Source: Solimonas sp. (GTDB lineage Bacteria; Pseudomonadota; Gammaproteobacteria; Nevskiales; Nevskiaceae). From it: 59,860 nt of DNA. The stretch spans positions 1 to 59,860 of the forward strand of contig JBFJJW010000001.1 of assembly GCA_041612095.1 (NCBI GenBank). Direction: 5' to 3'. This document shows, piece after piece, positions 1 through 8,909 of the stretch. The notes under the pieces were generated by a model. That model was not told the origin of the DNA. It saw only the letters and a program-made list of their open reading frames with translations, and did not search any database. How positions within the stretch are numbered: position 1 is the stretch's first letter; the number at the start of each line of letters is the position of its first letter. A program made the position numbers and the translations under genes.

Positions 1-69
1 CTTCTCGAAGCGCCCGCCCTTCTTGAACAAGGGCTCCATGCGGTCGAGTAGTGAACGGAGTGCTGACAT
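1..69 (-). CDS. nqrB: Na+-translocating NADH:quinone reductase subunit B, 5' end only (runs off window)
   Basis: Manual translation from ATG at 69: MSALRSLLDRMEPLFKKGGRFEK, resembling the NqrB N-terminus (…F.xGG+.EK); lies directly downstream of nqrA. Confidence 0.8.
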   Translation of the reverse strand, partial: MSALRSLLDRMEPLFKKGGRFEK

Positions 70-184
70 GCGTCTATTCAGTCCTTGCCTGCGAATTCAG
101 TGGTGCCGCCATACCGCATAAAACCGGTGACACCGTGTTAGCCGCCACAGCCGCGCCTTCAGGGCACGCGGCCGCAGCCGCGAT

Positions 185-1543
185 TTAGCCTTCCTGCTCG
201 ATCTGCTCCAGATTGGCGCGCAGGATCGGGCCATAGTCATGCTTGCCCACGCAGACGAAGGAGCACAGCGACAGATCCTCCTCGTCGAGTTCCAGCGCCC
301 CTAGCGCCTGGGCGCTGTCGGTATCGCGCACCAGCAGCGCTCGCAGCAACTGGCTGGGCAGCACATCCAGCGGCATCACCTTTTCGTAGTTGCCGATCGG
401 CACCATGGCGCGCGGACTGCCATTGGTCGAGGTATCGAGCGCGAACCGGCGCGAAGCCTTGGCCAGCGCAGAGAAAAATACCCGGATCGCCGAGACGCGT
501 TCCCCGGCCGGATTGATCCAGCCCAGAAAGCGGCGCTCGCGCCCTTCCGGCAATACCGCAATCTGGTAGTGATAGCGGCCGACGTAGTCGCCCCAGCCAC
601 GTGCCTCGCGACCCGCCAGCACCGATCCCGACAGGGGGCGCGACTCACCCGGCTTCAGGTCCGGCAGGATCAGCTCGCTGATCCGCGCGCCGACGCGGGT
701 CCGCAGCAGCCGCGGGCGCTGCACCTGCGGACCGCCCAATGCCAGGACGCGGGTATTGTCCAGGCGACCCGTAGCAAACAGCTTGCCGATCGCGGCCACA
801 TCCTGAGGGTGAATATGCCAGTTGCTGCGCGTCGCTCCGACCGGCTTCAGATAATGCATGTGGGTGCCGACCAGCCCGGCCGGATGCGGCCCCTCGAACT
901 CGGCCAACCGGACCTGGGGCAAATCCGGCAGCGGCGGCACCTGCCCCGGCGCGCAGCAGACGAACACCTCACCCTCGGTCAGGCGCGACAACAGGGTAAT
1001 GCCGTTACGGAAGTGCTCTTCCTGTCCGGCCAGCGCCACCCGGGAATCCGCCGCCAGCGGCCGGGTATCGATCACCGGCACGAAGATCGCAGCCGGACGC
1101 AGATCCAGGCGTGGAACCCGCGAATAGGGGCGCGTCCGCAGCGCCGTCCACAGGCCGGAGAGGCGCAGGTTCTCGCGCACCTCCTCATGGCTCAGTCCTG
1201 AAAACTCGTTCACCGGCCAGGACTTGAACGTCAGTTCGGCATCGCCCTCGATCTTGATCACCACGGACTGCAGCACGCGGCGCGCGCCGCGGTTGATGGC
1301 AACCACCGTGCCGGCCGCCGGGGCGGTGTGCAGCACACCGGGGCGACGCTTGTCCTCGAACAGAGGCTCGCCCATCTTCACCGTCGCGCCTTCCTCGACG
1401 TGCATCGTCGGCTTGAGGTCGACATAGTCGGCACCGACGACGCCTACGTGGCTGACGGCCGGGGCATCCTCAATACGCTGCTCGGGTTCGCCCAGGATCG
1501 GCAGATCCAGGCCCTTGCGGAGCTTGAAACGGGTCGGCTGCAC
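185..1543 (-). CDS. nqrA: Na+-translocating NADH:quinone reductase subunit A
   Basis: KLRKGLDLPI N-terminus, GPHPAGLVGTHMH, LGALELDEEDLSLCSFVC and C-terminal IEQEG; start moved to GTG at 1543 (452 aa). Confidence 0.95.
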   Translation of the reverse strand: MQPTRFKLRKGLDLPILGEPEQRIEDAPAVSHVGVVGADYVDLKPTMHVEEGATVKMGEPLFEDKRRPGVLHTAPAAGTVVAINRGARRVLQSVVIKIEGDAELTFKSWPVNEFSGLSHEEVRENLRLSGLWTALRTRPYSRVPRLDLRPAAIFVPVIDTRPLAADSRVALAGQEEHFRNGITLLSRLTEGEVFVCCAPGQVPPLPDLPQVRLAEFEGPHPAGLVGTHMHYLKPVGATRSNWHIHPQDVAAIGKLFATGRLDNTRVLALGGPQVQRPRLLRTRVGARISELILPDLKPGESRPLSGSVLAGREARGWGDYVGRYHYQIAVLPEGRERRFLGWINPAGERVSAIRVFFSALAKASRRFALDTSTNGSPRAMVPIGNYEKVMPLDVLPSQLLRALLVRDTDSAQALGALELDEEDLSLCSFVCVGKHDYGPILRANLEQIEQEG

Positions 1544-1581
1544 GGAATCTTTACCTGGCTGTGGCTGGGAACGGGGCGCGC

Positions 1582-1611
1582 AGTTTACCAATTTGAACAC
1601 CGCAGGCCCAA
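1582..1611 (-). promoter_or_regulatory. Putative internal sigma70 promoter for nqr
   Basis: Minus strand TTGGGC-18 nt-TAAACT, with TG at the extended -10 position, in the nuoN-nqrA spacer. Confidence 0.35.
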
Positions 1612-1627
1612 GACCTGGCCGGGATCG

Positions 1628-3085
1628 CTACTGCAGGCTTGCGTGTCCAACCAGCCAGATGAAGGGTTGCGGGTAGATTCCGATCAGCAGCATCAGCGCC
1701 ATCAACCCCCAGACCATGGCGCCACCGATCTGCTGCGCCCAATCGCGCGGGGCCTCGAAACGGCGACGCTTGGGCGCCAGCATGAACAGGGCAATCAGCA
1801 GCCGCAGGTAGTAGTACAGGCCGATGGCGCTACCCAGAACCACGGCACCGACCAGCAGCCAGGCCCGCGCGTCCATGCCCGCTGCAATGATGTAGAACTT
1901 GCCGATGAACCCGGCAGTCAGCGGGATCCCGGCCAGCGACAGCAGCATCGCGGTCAGTATCGAGGTCAGATAGGGACGGCGCCAGAACAGGCCCCGATAG
2001 TCGTAGAGCACGTCGGCATCGCGATCCTGCATCGGACTGGACACCAGCGTCACCACGCCGAACGCACCCAGGGTCGTCACTACATAGGTCAGCAGATAAA
2101 CGCCGACCGCCTCCACCGCCAGCTGCTCGGCGGCGATCAGGCCCACAAGGCAATAGCCAAAATGGGCGATCGACGAGTAGGCCAGCATGCGCTTGACGTT
2201 GTTCTGCCGCAGGGCCAGCACGTTGCCGACCAGGATCGACAGCACCGCCAGTGCCGAAAGCAGATCCATCAGCAGGGGCTGCTGGTCGCCACCCGCCTGC
2301 ACGAAGTAGCGCAGCAGCACGGCGAATACGGCCGTCTTGGATGCGGTGGCAAGAAACCCCGTCACCGGCGCCGGAGCACCTTCATAGACATCCGGCGTCC
2401 ATAGATGAAACGGTACCAGCGAGAGCTTGAAGGCCATGCCCACCAGAAACAGCACGCTGCCGGTCAGCAGATAGGCGCGGCCGAAGTCGGTGGTTGCCGC
2501 CAGCTGGTTGAATGGCGCCAGCCCGGCAAAGCTCAAGGTGCCGGTCTGCGCATAGATCAGCGCCATGCCGAACAGCAGGAATGCCGATGCGGTTGCCGAC
2601 AGCACCAGGTACTTGAGCCCCGCCTCCAGCGAATGCCGGCTCTTGTGCGGATAGGCAATCATCGCGTACAGCGGGATGCTGAGCAGCTCGAGGCCGATGA
2701 ACAGCGCCGCCAGATGCTGGCTGCAGGCCATCACCATCGCGCCCAGTGCGGCCAGCAACAGCAACAGGTACAACTCTTCCCTGTTGCCGTCGTAGCCCTC
2801 GAGATAGGCATGCGACAAGGTTGCAGTGGCCAGGGTCGTGACCAGAATCAGACCCATGTAGAACGCTGCATAGCCGTCCACGACCAGCAACGGCGTGATG
2901 AACACCCGCTCGGCCCCGAGCAGCGGCACGCAGGCCAGCAGCGCCAGATTGAGGCCTATCACCGCAACGCTCGCGTTGCCGCGGTGGTGGCGCTTGAAGG
3001 CGATCGCCAGCATCACCACCAGTATCGTCGCGCTAACCAGCAGGATCGGCAGCAGGCCGATCCAGTGTTCGCTCGCGAACTTCAT
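1628..3085 (-). CDS. nuoN: NADH-quinone oxidoreductase subunit N
   Basis: EAGLKY, FKLSLVPFHLWTPDVYEGAP, KRMLAYSSIAH; last gene of the nuo operon. Confidence 0.97.
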   Translation of the reverse strand: MKFASEHWIGLLPILLVSATILVVMLAIAFKRHHRGNASVAVIGLNLALLACVPLLGAERVFITPLLVVDGYAAFYMGLILVTTLATATLSHAYLEGYDGNREELYLLLLLAALGAMVMACSQHLAALFIGLELLSIPLYAMIAYPHKSRHSLEAGLKYLVLSATASAFLLFGMALIYAQTGTLSFAGLAPFNQLAATTDFGRAYLLTGSVLFLVGMAFKLSLVPFHLWTPDVYEGAPAPVTGFLATASKTAVFAVLLRYFVQAGGDQQPLLMDLLSALAVLSILVGNVLALRQNNVKRMLAYSSIAHFGYCLVGLIAAEQLAVEAVGVYLLTYVVTTLGAFGVVTLVSSPMQDRDADVLYDYRGLFWRRPYLTSILTAMLLSLAGIPLTAGFIGKFYIIAAGMDARAWLLVGAVVLGSAIGLYYYLRLLIALFMLAPKRRRFEAPRDWAQQIGGAMVWGLMALMLLIGIYPQPFIWLVGHASLQ

Positions 3086-4617
3086 GGCAGCACCTCAAGG
3101 CGCGGCGCCTCTGGGCTGTAAACAGCGTTCACGCCCTGCATCGCAGCAGCAGATGTATCGAGGATTGGCTGCGGGTACAGCCCCATCCACAGCAGCACCC
3201 CCATCAGCACCACCATCATCGACAGCTCGCGCTTGGACAAATCCTTGAGCTTCGGCGCGCCGTCTGCGGGGGCGCCGTGAAAGGCGCGCTGCACCAGAAT
3301 CAGCGAGTACACCGCCCCCAGGACCAGACCCGTCGCGGCCAGGCAGGTCACCGCCGTCGCCACCTCAAAGCTGCCGAGCAGGATCAGGAACTCACCCACG
3401 AAGTTGCCGAGTCCCGGCAAGCCCAGCGCGGCGACCGTGAAGAACAGCGCAATCGGCGGCAGCAGGCGGAAACGCGCCCATAGCCCGCCCATGCGCGACA
3501 TCTCCCGCGTATGCAGCCGTTCGTATATCTCACCGCAGAGAATGAACAGGGCACCTGCCGAGATGCCGTGCGCCAGCATCTGTATGACCACGCCCTGCAG
3601 CGCGATCTCCGTACCGGCATAGATGCCGATCAGCACAAAGCCCATGTGCGAGATCGATGAGTAGGCCACCAGGCGCTTGATGTCGTTCTGCGCAAAGCAC
3701 ATGAACGCGCCGTAGATAACGCCGATGACACCCAGCCACATGGCCACCGGCGCAAAGTCGGCCGAGGCGTTGGGGAACAGCGGCAGCGCGAACCGCAGCA
3801 GGCCATAGGCTGCGGTCTTCAGCAGGATGCCGGCCAGATCGACTGAACCTGCGGTCGGTGCCTGTGAGTGCGCATCCGGCAGCCAGCTATGCAGCGGCAC
3901 CACCGGAATCTTGACCGCGAAGGCAATGAAGAAGCCCAGCATCAGCAGATACTCAGTCGCCGGCGGCAGCTGGGTGCCGAGCAAGGCCATGTAACTGAAG
4001 GTGATGACGCCGGTCTGCTGCTGATGGGCGAACACCAGGCCCAGTATCGCCAGCAGCATGATCAGCCCCGAGGCCTGGGTGAAGATGAAGAACTTGGTCG
4101 CCGCGTAGATGCGCCCCTTGCCACCCGGGGAGTTGTGACCCCACAGCGCGATCAGGAAGTACATCGGCACCAGCATCATTTCCCACAGGAAGAAGAACAG
4201 GAACAGATCCAGGGTCAGAAACACGCCGACCACGGCGCCGAGGTTCCACAGCAGGTTCAGATGGAAGAAGCCGATGTGACGGTCGATCTCGCGCCAGGAG
4301 CAGGCCACGGCCATGACGCCCAGCAGGTTGGTCAGCACCACCAGCAGCAGTGACAACCCATCCATGCCGAAATGCAGGCTGATGCCGAACCGCGGTATCC
4401 ATTCGGCCTGATACTCCACCGCCCACTGCGGACTGGCGCTGCCGACTCCGGCCAGCGACCAGTCGCCGGTCGCCCACAGCCATAGCGACAACCCCAGCGC
4501 AAAGACCATCGAGGCCAGCGCAATCCAGCGCGGAAAGGCACGGCCGAAGGCGCGCTCGCCGACCCAGGCCAGCGTGCCGCCGATAAAGGGGATGAGTACC
4601 AGCCAGAGAAGAATCAT
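3082..4617 (-). CDS. nuoM: NADH-quinone oxidoreductase subunit M
   Basis: WEMMLVPMYFLI, VKIPVVPLHSWLPDAH, DIKRLVAYSSISHMG. Confidence 0.97.
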   Translation of the reverse strand: MILLWLVLIPFIGGTLAWVGERAFGRAFPRWIALASMVFALGLSLWLWATGDWSLAGVGSASPQWAVEYQAEWIPRFGISLHFGMDGLSLLLVVLTNLLGVMAVACSWREIDRHIGFFHLNLLWNLGAVVGVFLTLDLFLFFFLWEMMLVPMYFLIALWGHNSPGGKGRIYAATKFFIFTQASGLIMLLAILGLVFAHQQQTGVITFSYMALLGTQLPPATEYLLMLGFFIAFAVKIPVVPLHSWLPDAHSQAPTAGSVDLAGILLKTAAYGLLRFALPLFPNASADFAPVAMWLGVIGVIYGAFMCFAQNDIKRLVAYSSISHMGFVLIGIYAGTEIALQGVVIQMLAHGISAGALFILCGEIYERLHTREMSRMGGLWARFRLLPPIALFFTVAALGLPGLGNFVGEFLILLGSFEVATAVTCLAATGLVLGAVYSLILVQRAFHGAPADGAPKLKDLSKRELSMMVVLMGVLLWMGLYPQPILDTSAAAMQGVNAVYSPEAPRLEVLP

Positions 4618-6461
4618 AGGAACAGCACCGCGGCGATCATGACCACTGCGCCCGCCGCAGTAGCGCCAGCATAGAAGCGCAACTGGCCGTTCTGGCTGCG
4701 TGTCCAGTACGCGTTGACGCGCAGCAGGGCGGCGGGAATCAGGCCGATCATCTGATCCGCCGCATCATTGCGGTTGACGTGCACCAGCCACAGGTAGGGC
4801 CGCACAAAAAGACGGTCATACAACCAGTCCCAGCCGAAAGCGGCCGACCACCAGCGAAACAGCAGCTGGCCCGGTGCGCCACGCTTGAGCGCAGCCACCG
4901 CACCCCGGTGTCGCTGGAACAGCAGCCACGCCAGCGCAATGCCGGCAAACGACACCAGTACCGAGGTGAACTCGATGCGGTGCTTGGCTTGCGCCATGAC
5001 GTCTGTGATGGGCGCCTGCGGCAATACCGCATCCAGCGGCAGATGGATGAACCCGCCCAGCAGGGCGGCCACCGCGAGTACCGCCAGCGGCAGCGAGTGA
5101 TCCAGGCCGCGCGGCTGCTGCACGGCGTGGCCGTGTGCCTCGCCGAAGAACGCAATGAAGATCAGGCGGAAGCTGTAAAGCGCCGTCAGGAACGCGCCCA
5201 CCAACCCCATCCAGTAAAACTCAGTGTGCCCGTAGGCCCAGGCCTGAAACAGGATCTCGTCCTTGGAGTAGAAGCCAGAGGTGCCGGGAAACGCGACCAG
5301 CCCCAGCGTGCCGATCAGGAACACCCAGAACGTGAACGGAATCTGCTCGCGCAAGCCGCCCATCCTGAAGATGTCCTGCTCGTGGTGGCAGGCCAGAATC
5401 ACGCTGCCGGCGGCAAGAAACAGCAAGGCCTTGAAGAAGGCGTGCGTCATCAGATGAAACACGGCCGGCTGATAGGCGCCCGCGCCCAGCGCCAGGAACA
5501 TGTAGCCGATCTGCGACATCGTCGAGTATGCGAGCACCTTCTTGATGTCTGTCTGGGTCAGCGCCGTGAATCCGGCCATCAGCAGGGTCAGGCCACCGAT
5601 CCAGCCCACCGCAGCCAGTGCCAGCGGCGCCAGCTCGAACAGGACGTGCGTGCGCGCAATCAGATACACACCGGCGGTCACCATGGTCGCCGCGTGTATC
5701 AGGGCCGACACCGGCGTCGGGCCGGCCATCGCGTCCGGCAGCCAGGTCTGCAACGGCAGTTGTGCCGATTTGCCGACGGCGCCACCCAGCAATAACAGTG
5801 CTGCAATCGTGATCAGGGGATCGCCTTGCGCGAACCGCTGCGGTGCCAACTCCAACAAAGCCTGAATGTTCAGCGTGCCCAGGGCATGGAACAGCACGAA
5901 CAGACCGATCGCCATGAACGTATCGCCAACACGCGTTACCACAAAGGCCTTGCGCGCCGCCGCACCGTTGGCCGGGTCGCGATACCAGAACCCGATCAGC
6001 AGATAGGACGCGAGGCCCACACCCTCCCAGCCCAGGTACAGGAACAGCAGATTGTCGCCCAGCACCAGGAACAGCATCGCTGCAACGAACAGGTTCATGT
6101 AGGAGAAGAAGCGGCCGTAGCCCTCGTCGCCGCGCATGTACCACGACGCAAACAGATGGATGAAGAAGCCGACGCCGGTAATCACCGACATCATCAGCAT
6201 CGAGAGCTGATCGAGACGCAACGCGAACTGCGGCGCAAAACCGCCGACATCCATCCACGTCCACAGCAGCTGGGTATGCGCTGCGCCGGCCGGCAGCTGG
6301 TAGAACTGCCAGCCCAGCAGCGCGGTCAAGGCCGCGGCCAAGCCGACACTGCCGACACCGATGCCGGCGGCCAGATTCTCCGAAACCCGATCGCGCGCCA
6401 GCGCCAGCGTCAGGAAACCCAGCAACGGCGCCAGAAACACCAGGAACAGGAGATCGAGCAT
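4614..6461 (-). CDS. nuoL: NADH-quinone oxidoreductase subunit L
   Basis: GWEGVGLASYLLIGFW, GKSAQLPLQTWLPDAMAGPTPVSALIHAATMV, C-terminal transverse helix; start at ATG 6461 (MLDLLF). Confidence 0.97.
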   Translation of the reverse strand: MLDLLFLVFLAPLLGFLTLALARDRVSENLAAGIGVGSVGLAAALTALLGWQFYQLPAGAAHTQLLWTWMDVGGFAPQFALRLDQLSMLMMSVITGVGFFIHLFASWYMRGDEGYGRFFSYMNLFVAAMLFLVLGDNLLFLYLGWEGVGLASYLLIGFWYRDPANGAAARKAFVVTRVGDTFMAIGLFVLFHALGTLNIQALLELAPQRFAQGDPLITIAALLLLGGAVGKSAQLPLQTWLPDAMAGPTPVSALIHAATMVTAGVYLIARTHVLFELAPLALAAVGWIGGLTLLMAGFTALTQTDIKKVLAYSTMSQIGYMFLALGAGAYQPAVFHLMTHAFFKALLFLAAGSVILACHHEQDIFRMGGLREQIPFTFWVFLIGTLGLVAFPGTSGFYSKDEILFQAWAYGHTEFYWMGLVGAFLTALYSFRLIFIAFFGEAHGHAVQQPRGLDHSLPLAVLAVAALLGGFIHLPLDAVLPQAPITDVMAQAKHRIEFTSVLVSFAGIALAWLLFQRHRGAVAALKRGAPGQLLFRWWSAAFGWDWLYDRLFVRPYLWLVHVNRNDAADQMIGLIPAALLRVNAYWTRSQNGQLRFYAGATAAGAVVMIAAVLFL

Positions 6462-6525
6462 CAGCGCAGCTCCCCGCATCCGGTCGCGGCCCTCACGGGC
6501 ACCTGGGCGCTCATCCTGCGCCGCC

Positions 6526-6852
6526 TCATCCCTTCATCTCCGCCGCGGCATCCACGTCCAGCGTGCGGAAGCGACGGTGCAGTTGCAGCACGATCGCGAG
6601 GCCGACTGCAGCCTCGGAAGCGGCCAGGGTCAGAATCAGGATGAACATGATCTGGCCATCGGGTTGCCCCCACCGGCTGCCGGCCACAACGAAGGCCAGG
6701 GCGGCCGCGTTCATCATCACTTCCACCGACATCAGCATGAACAGGATGTTCCGGCGCACCATCACGCCGAGCAGCCCCAGCACGAACAGCACCGCAGCCA
6801 GCACCAGGCCGTGCGCCATCGGAATTCCGACCGCAGTGGCGGGCTCGATCAT
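6526..6852 (-). CDS. nuoK: NADH-quinone oxidoreductase subunit K
   Basis: [28 protein letters not shown]. Confidence 0.96.
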   Translation of the reverse strand: MIEPATAVGIPMAHGLVLAAVLFVLGLLGVMVRRNILFMLMSVEVMMNAAALAFVVAGSRWGQPDGQIMFILILTLAASEAAVGLAIVLQLHRRFRTLDVDAAAEMKG

Positions 6853-7343
6853 GGGCTGTCCTGCTTGCCGAGGTGGTAGGCGGCGACCAACGCCGCCAGC
6901 AGCAGCATCGAGGCCAGCTCAACGGCCAGCAGATAGGGGCCAAACAGCTCGATGCCCACGGCCTTGGCGCCCACCTCGTGCAGGCCGGCGGGGGCGTGCC
7001 CGCCGCTGAACAGCAGCTTCAGCAGCCCTGCCAGCAATAGTGCCGCCAATGCGGTCGGGCCGACCCAGACGCGCGGCTGCAACCAGCGCTGCTCCTGCTC
7101 TACCGTGGCGCGCCCGAGGTTCAGCATCATCACCACGAATACGAACAGCACCATGATCGCGCCGGCGTAGACGATCACTTCCAACGCACCGGCGAACGGC
7201 GCGCCGAGCAGAAAGAACACGGCAGCCACTGCCAGCAGCGACACCACCAGATTCAGCAAGGCGTGCACCGGATTGCGCCCGACCACGACCTGCAGAGTCG
7301 CAATGATGGCAATGGCGGCAGCGAGATAGAAGAAGAACGTCAT
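6849..7343 (-). CDS. nuoJ: NADH-quinone oxidoreductase subunit J
   Basis: [26 protein letters not shown]. Confidence 0.96.
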   Translation of the reverse strand: MTFFFYLAAAIAIIATLQVVVGRNPVHALLNLVVSLLAVAAVFFLLGAPFAGALEVIVYAGAIMVLFVFVVMMLNLGRATVEQEQRWLQPRVWVGPTALAALLLAGLLKLLFSGGHAPAGLHEVGAKAVGIELFGPYLLAVELASMLLLAALVAAYHLGKQDSP

Positions 7344-7353
7344 CGTGCGCGCC

Positions 7354-7899
7354 TCAGGGCAGCAGGCTCTTGACGTCTATGGGCGCGGCCTCATGCGCGG
7401 CAGCACCCTTGGGCTTGCCGGCAATGGCCAGGCCCGCGACTCGATAGAAGTTGTAGTCCGGATATTTGCCGGTACCCGCGATCTGCAGGTCCTCCTTCTC
7501 GTACACGAGGTCCTGACGGCGGAACTCCGCCATCTCGAAGTCCGGCGTCAACTGAATCGCCGTGGTCGGGCACGCTTCCTCGCACAGGCCGCAGAAAATG
7601 CAGCGCGAGAAATTGATGCGGAAGAACTCCGGGTACCAGCGCCCGTCCGCTCGTTCCGCCTTCTGCAGTGAAATGCAGCCGACCGGACACGCGGCTGCGC
7701 ACAGGTTGCAGGCCACGCAGCGTTCCTCGCCATCTGGGTCGCGCGTCAACACGATGCGACCTCTGTAGCGCGGCGGCAGATACGGCATCTGCTCCGGATA
7801 GGAAATGGTGTCGCGCTTGCGCCACGAGTGGGAAAAGATCATCCAGATGCTGCGCAACTGGGTGTAGATGCCGAACAGGATCGCTTTGATGGCGTGCAT
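7354..7899 (-). CDS. nuoI: NADH-quinone oxidoreductase subunit I
   Basis: Two 4Fe-4S motifs, [12 protein letters not shown] and [12 protein letters not shown]; start at ATG 7899. Confidence 0.97.
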   Translation of the reverse strand: MHAIKAILFGIYTQLRSIWMIFSHSWRKRDTISYPEQMPYLPPRYRGRIVLTRDPDGEERCVACNLCAAACPVGCISLQKAERADGRWYPEFFRINFSRCIFCGLCEEACPTTAIQLTPDFEMAEFRRQDLVYEKEDLQIAGTGKYPDYNFYRVAGLAIAGKPKGAAAHEAAPIDVKSLLP

Positions 7900-7901
7900 G
7901 C

Positions 7902-8906
7902 TTAGAGTCCCTGACTGTTGGCGACGACGACGGCACCGGTCACCAGCAGGTTCAGCAGTGCCAGCGGCAGGCAAACCTTCCAGGCGGCGCCCATCATCTG
8001 GTCGTAGCGCGGCCGGGGCAAGGACGCGCGCAGGAGAATGAAGCCGGACATGAAAACCATGCATTTGGCCGCAAACCAGACGAAGCCCAGTGCGGGCCAA
8101 TGCTCGACAAAGGGGCCATCCCAGCCACCGAAGAACAGCGTCACCAGCAGCCCCGACACCATGACGATGCCGACATACTCGCCGACGAAGAACATGCCGA
8201 ACTTCATCCCGGAATACTCGGTGTGATAACCCGATGCCAGTTCGGATTCAGCCTCCGGAAGATCGAAGGGCGTGCGGTGCGTTACCGCTACCGCAGCCAG
8301 GGCAAACACGCAGAACCCCAGGAACTGCGGACCCACGTTCCACCACCCGGCCTGCTGCGCCTCGACGATATCGCGCAGATTGAATGAGCCGGCCTGCATG
8401 ACGATGCCCATCAGCGACAGGCCCATGAACACTTCATAGCTGATGGTCTGCGCGGTGGAGCGCAGCGCACCCAGCAAGGCGTACTTGCTGTTCGAGGCCC
8501 AGCCGCCCAGCATCACCGCATAGACGGCAAGGCCGGCCAGCGCGAAGAAGTACAGCACGCCGTACTCGAGATCCGAGACGCCCCAGGTCGGCGACAGCGG
8601 CACCACCGCGAACGAAAGCATCATCATGCTCATGGCAATGATCGGCGCCAGCCAGAACATCGCCTTGTCGGCAAAAGGCGGCGTCCAGTCTTCCTTGAAG
8701 AAGATCTTGATCATGTCGGCGATGACCTGCCCCAGGCCCAGGGGGCCGATGCGGTTGGGCCCGTGACGATCCTGCCACAGGCCCAGCAGACGGCGTTCCA
8801 GCCAGATCATCCATGCGGCCACTACCACCAGCCCCAGCAGAATGACCACCGCCTGTGCGCATTTCCACAGGATCGCGATCAGTTCGGGCGTCAGCCAAGC
8901 CAGCAC
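7902..8906 (-). CDS. nuoH: NADH-quinone oxidoreductase subunit H
   Basis: [32 protein letters not shown]. Confidence 0.97.
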   Translation of the reverse strand: MLAWLTPELIAILWKCAQAVVILLGLVVVAAWMIWLERRLLGLWQDRHGPNRIGPLGLGQVIADMIKIFFKEDWTPPFADKAMFWLAPIIAMSMMMLSFAVVPLSPTWGVSDLEYGVLYFFALAGLAVYAVMLGGWASNSKYALLGALRSTAQTISYEVFMGLSLMGIVMQAGSFNLRDIVEAQQAGWWNVGPQFLGFCVFALAAVAVTHRTPFDLPEAESELASGYHTEYSGMKFGMFFVGEYVGIVMVSGLLVTLFFGGWDGPFVEHWPALGFVWFAAKCMVFMSGFILLRASLPRPRYDQMMGAAWKVCLPLALLNLLVTGAVVVANSQGL

Positions 8907-8909
8907 GTC

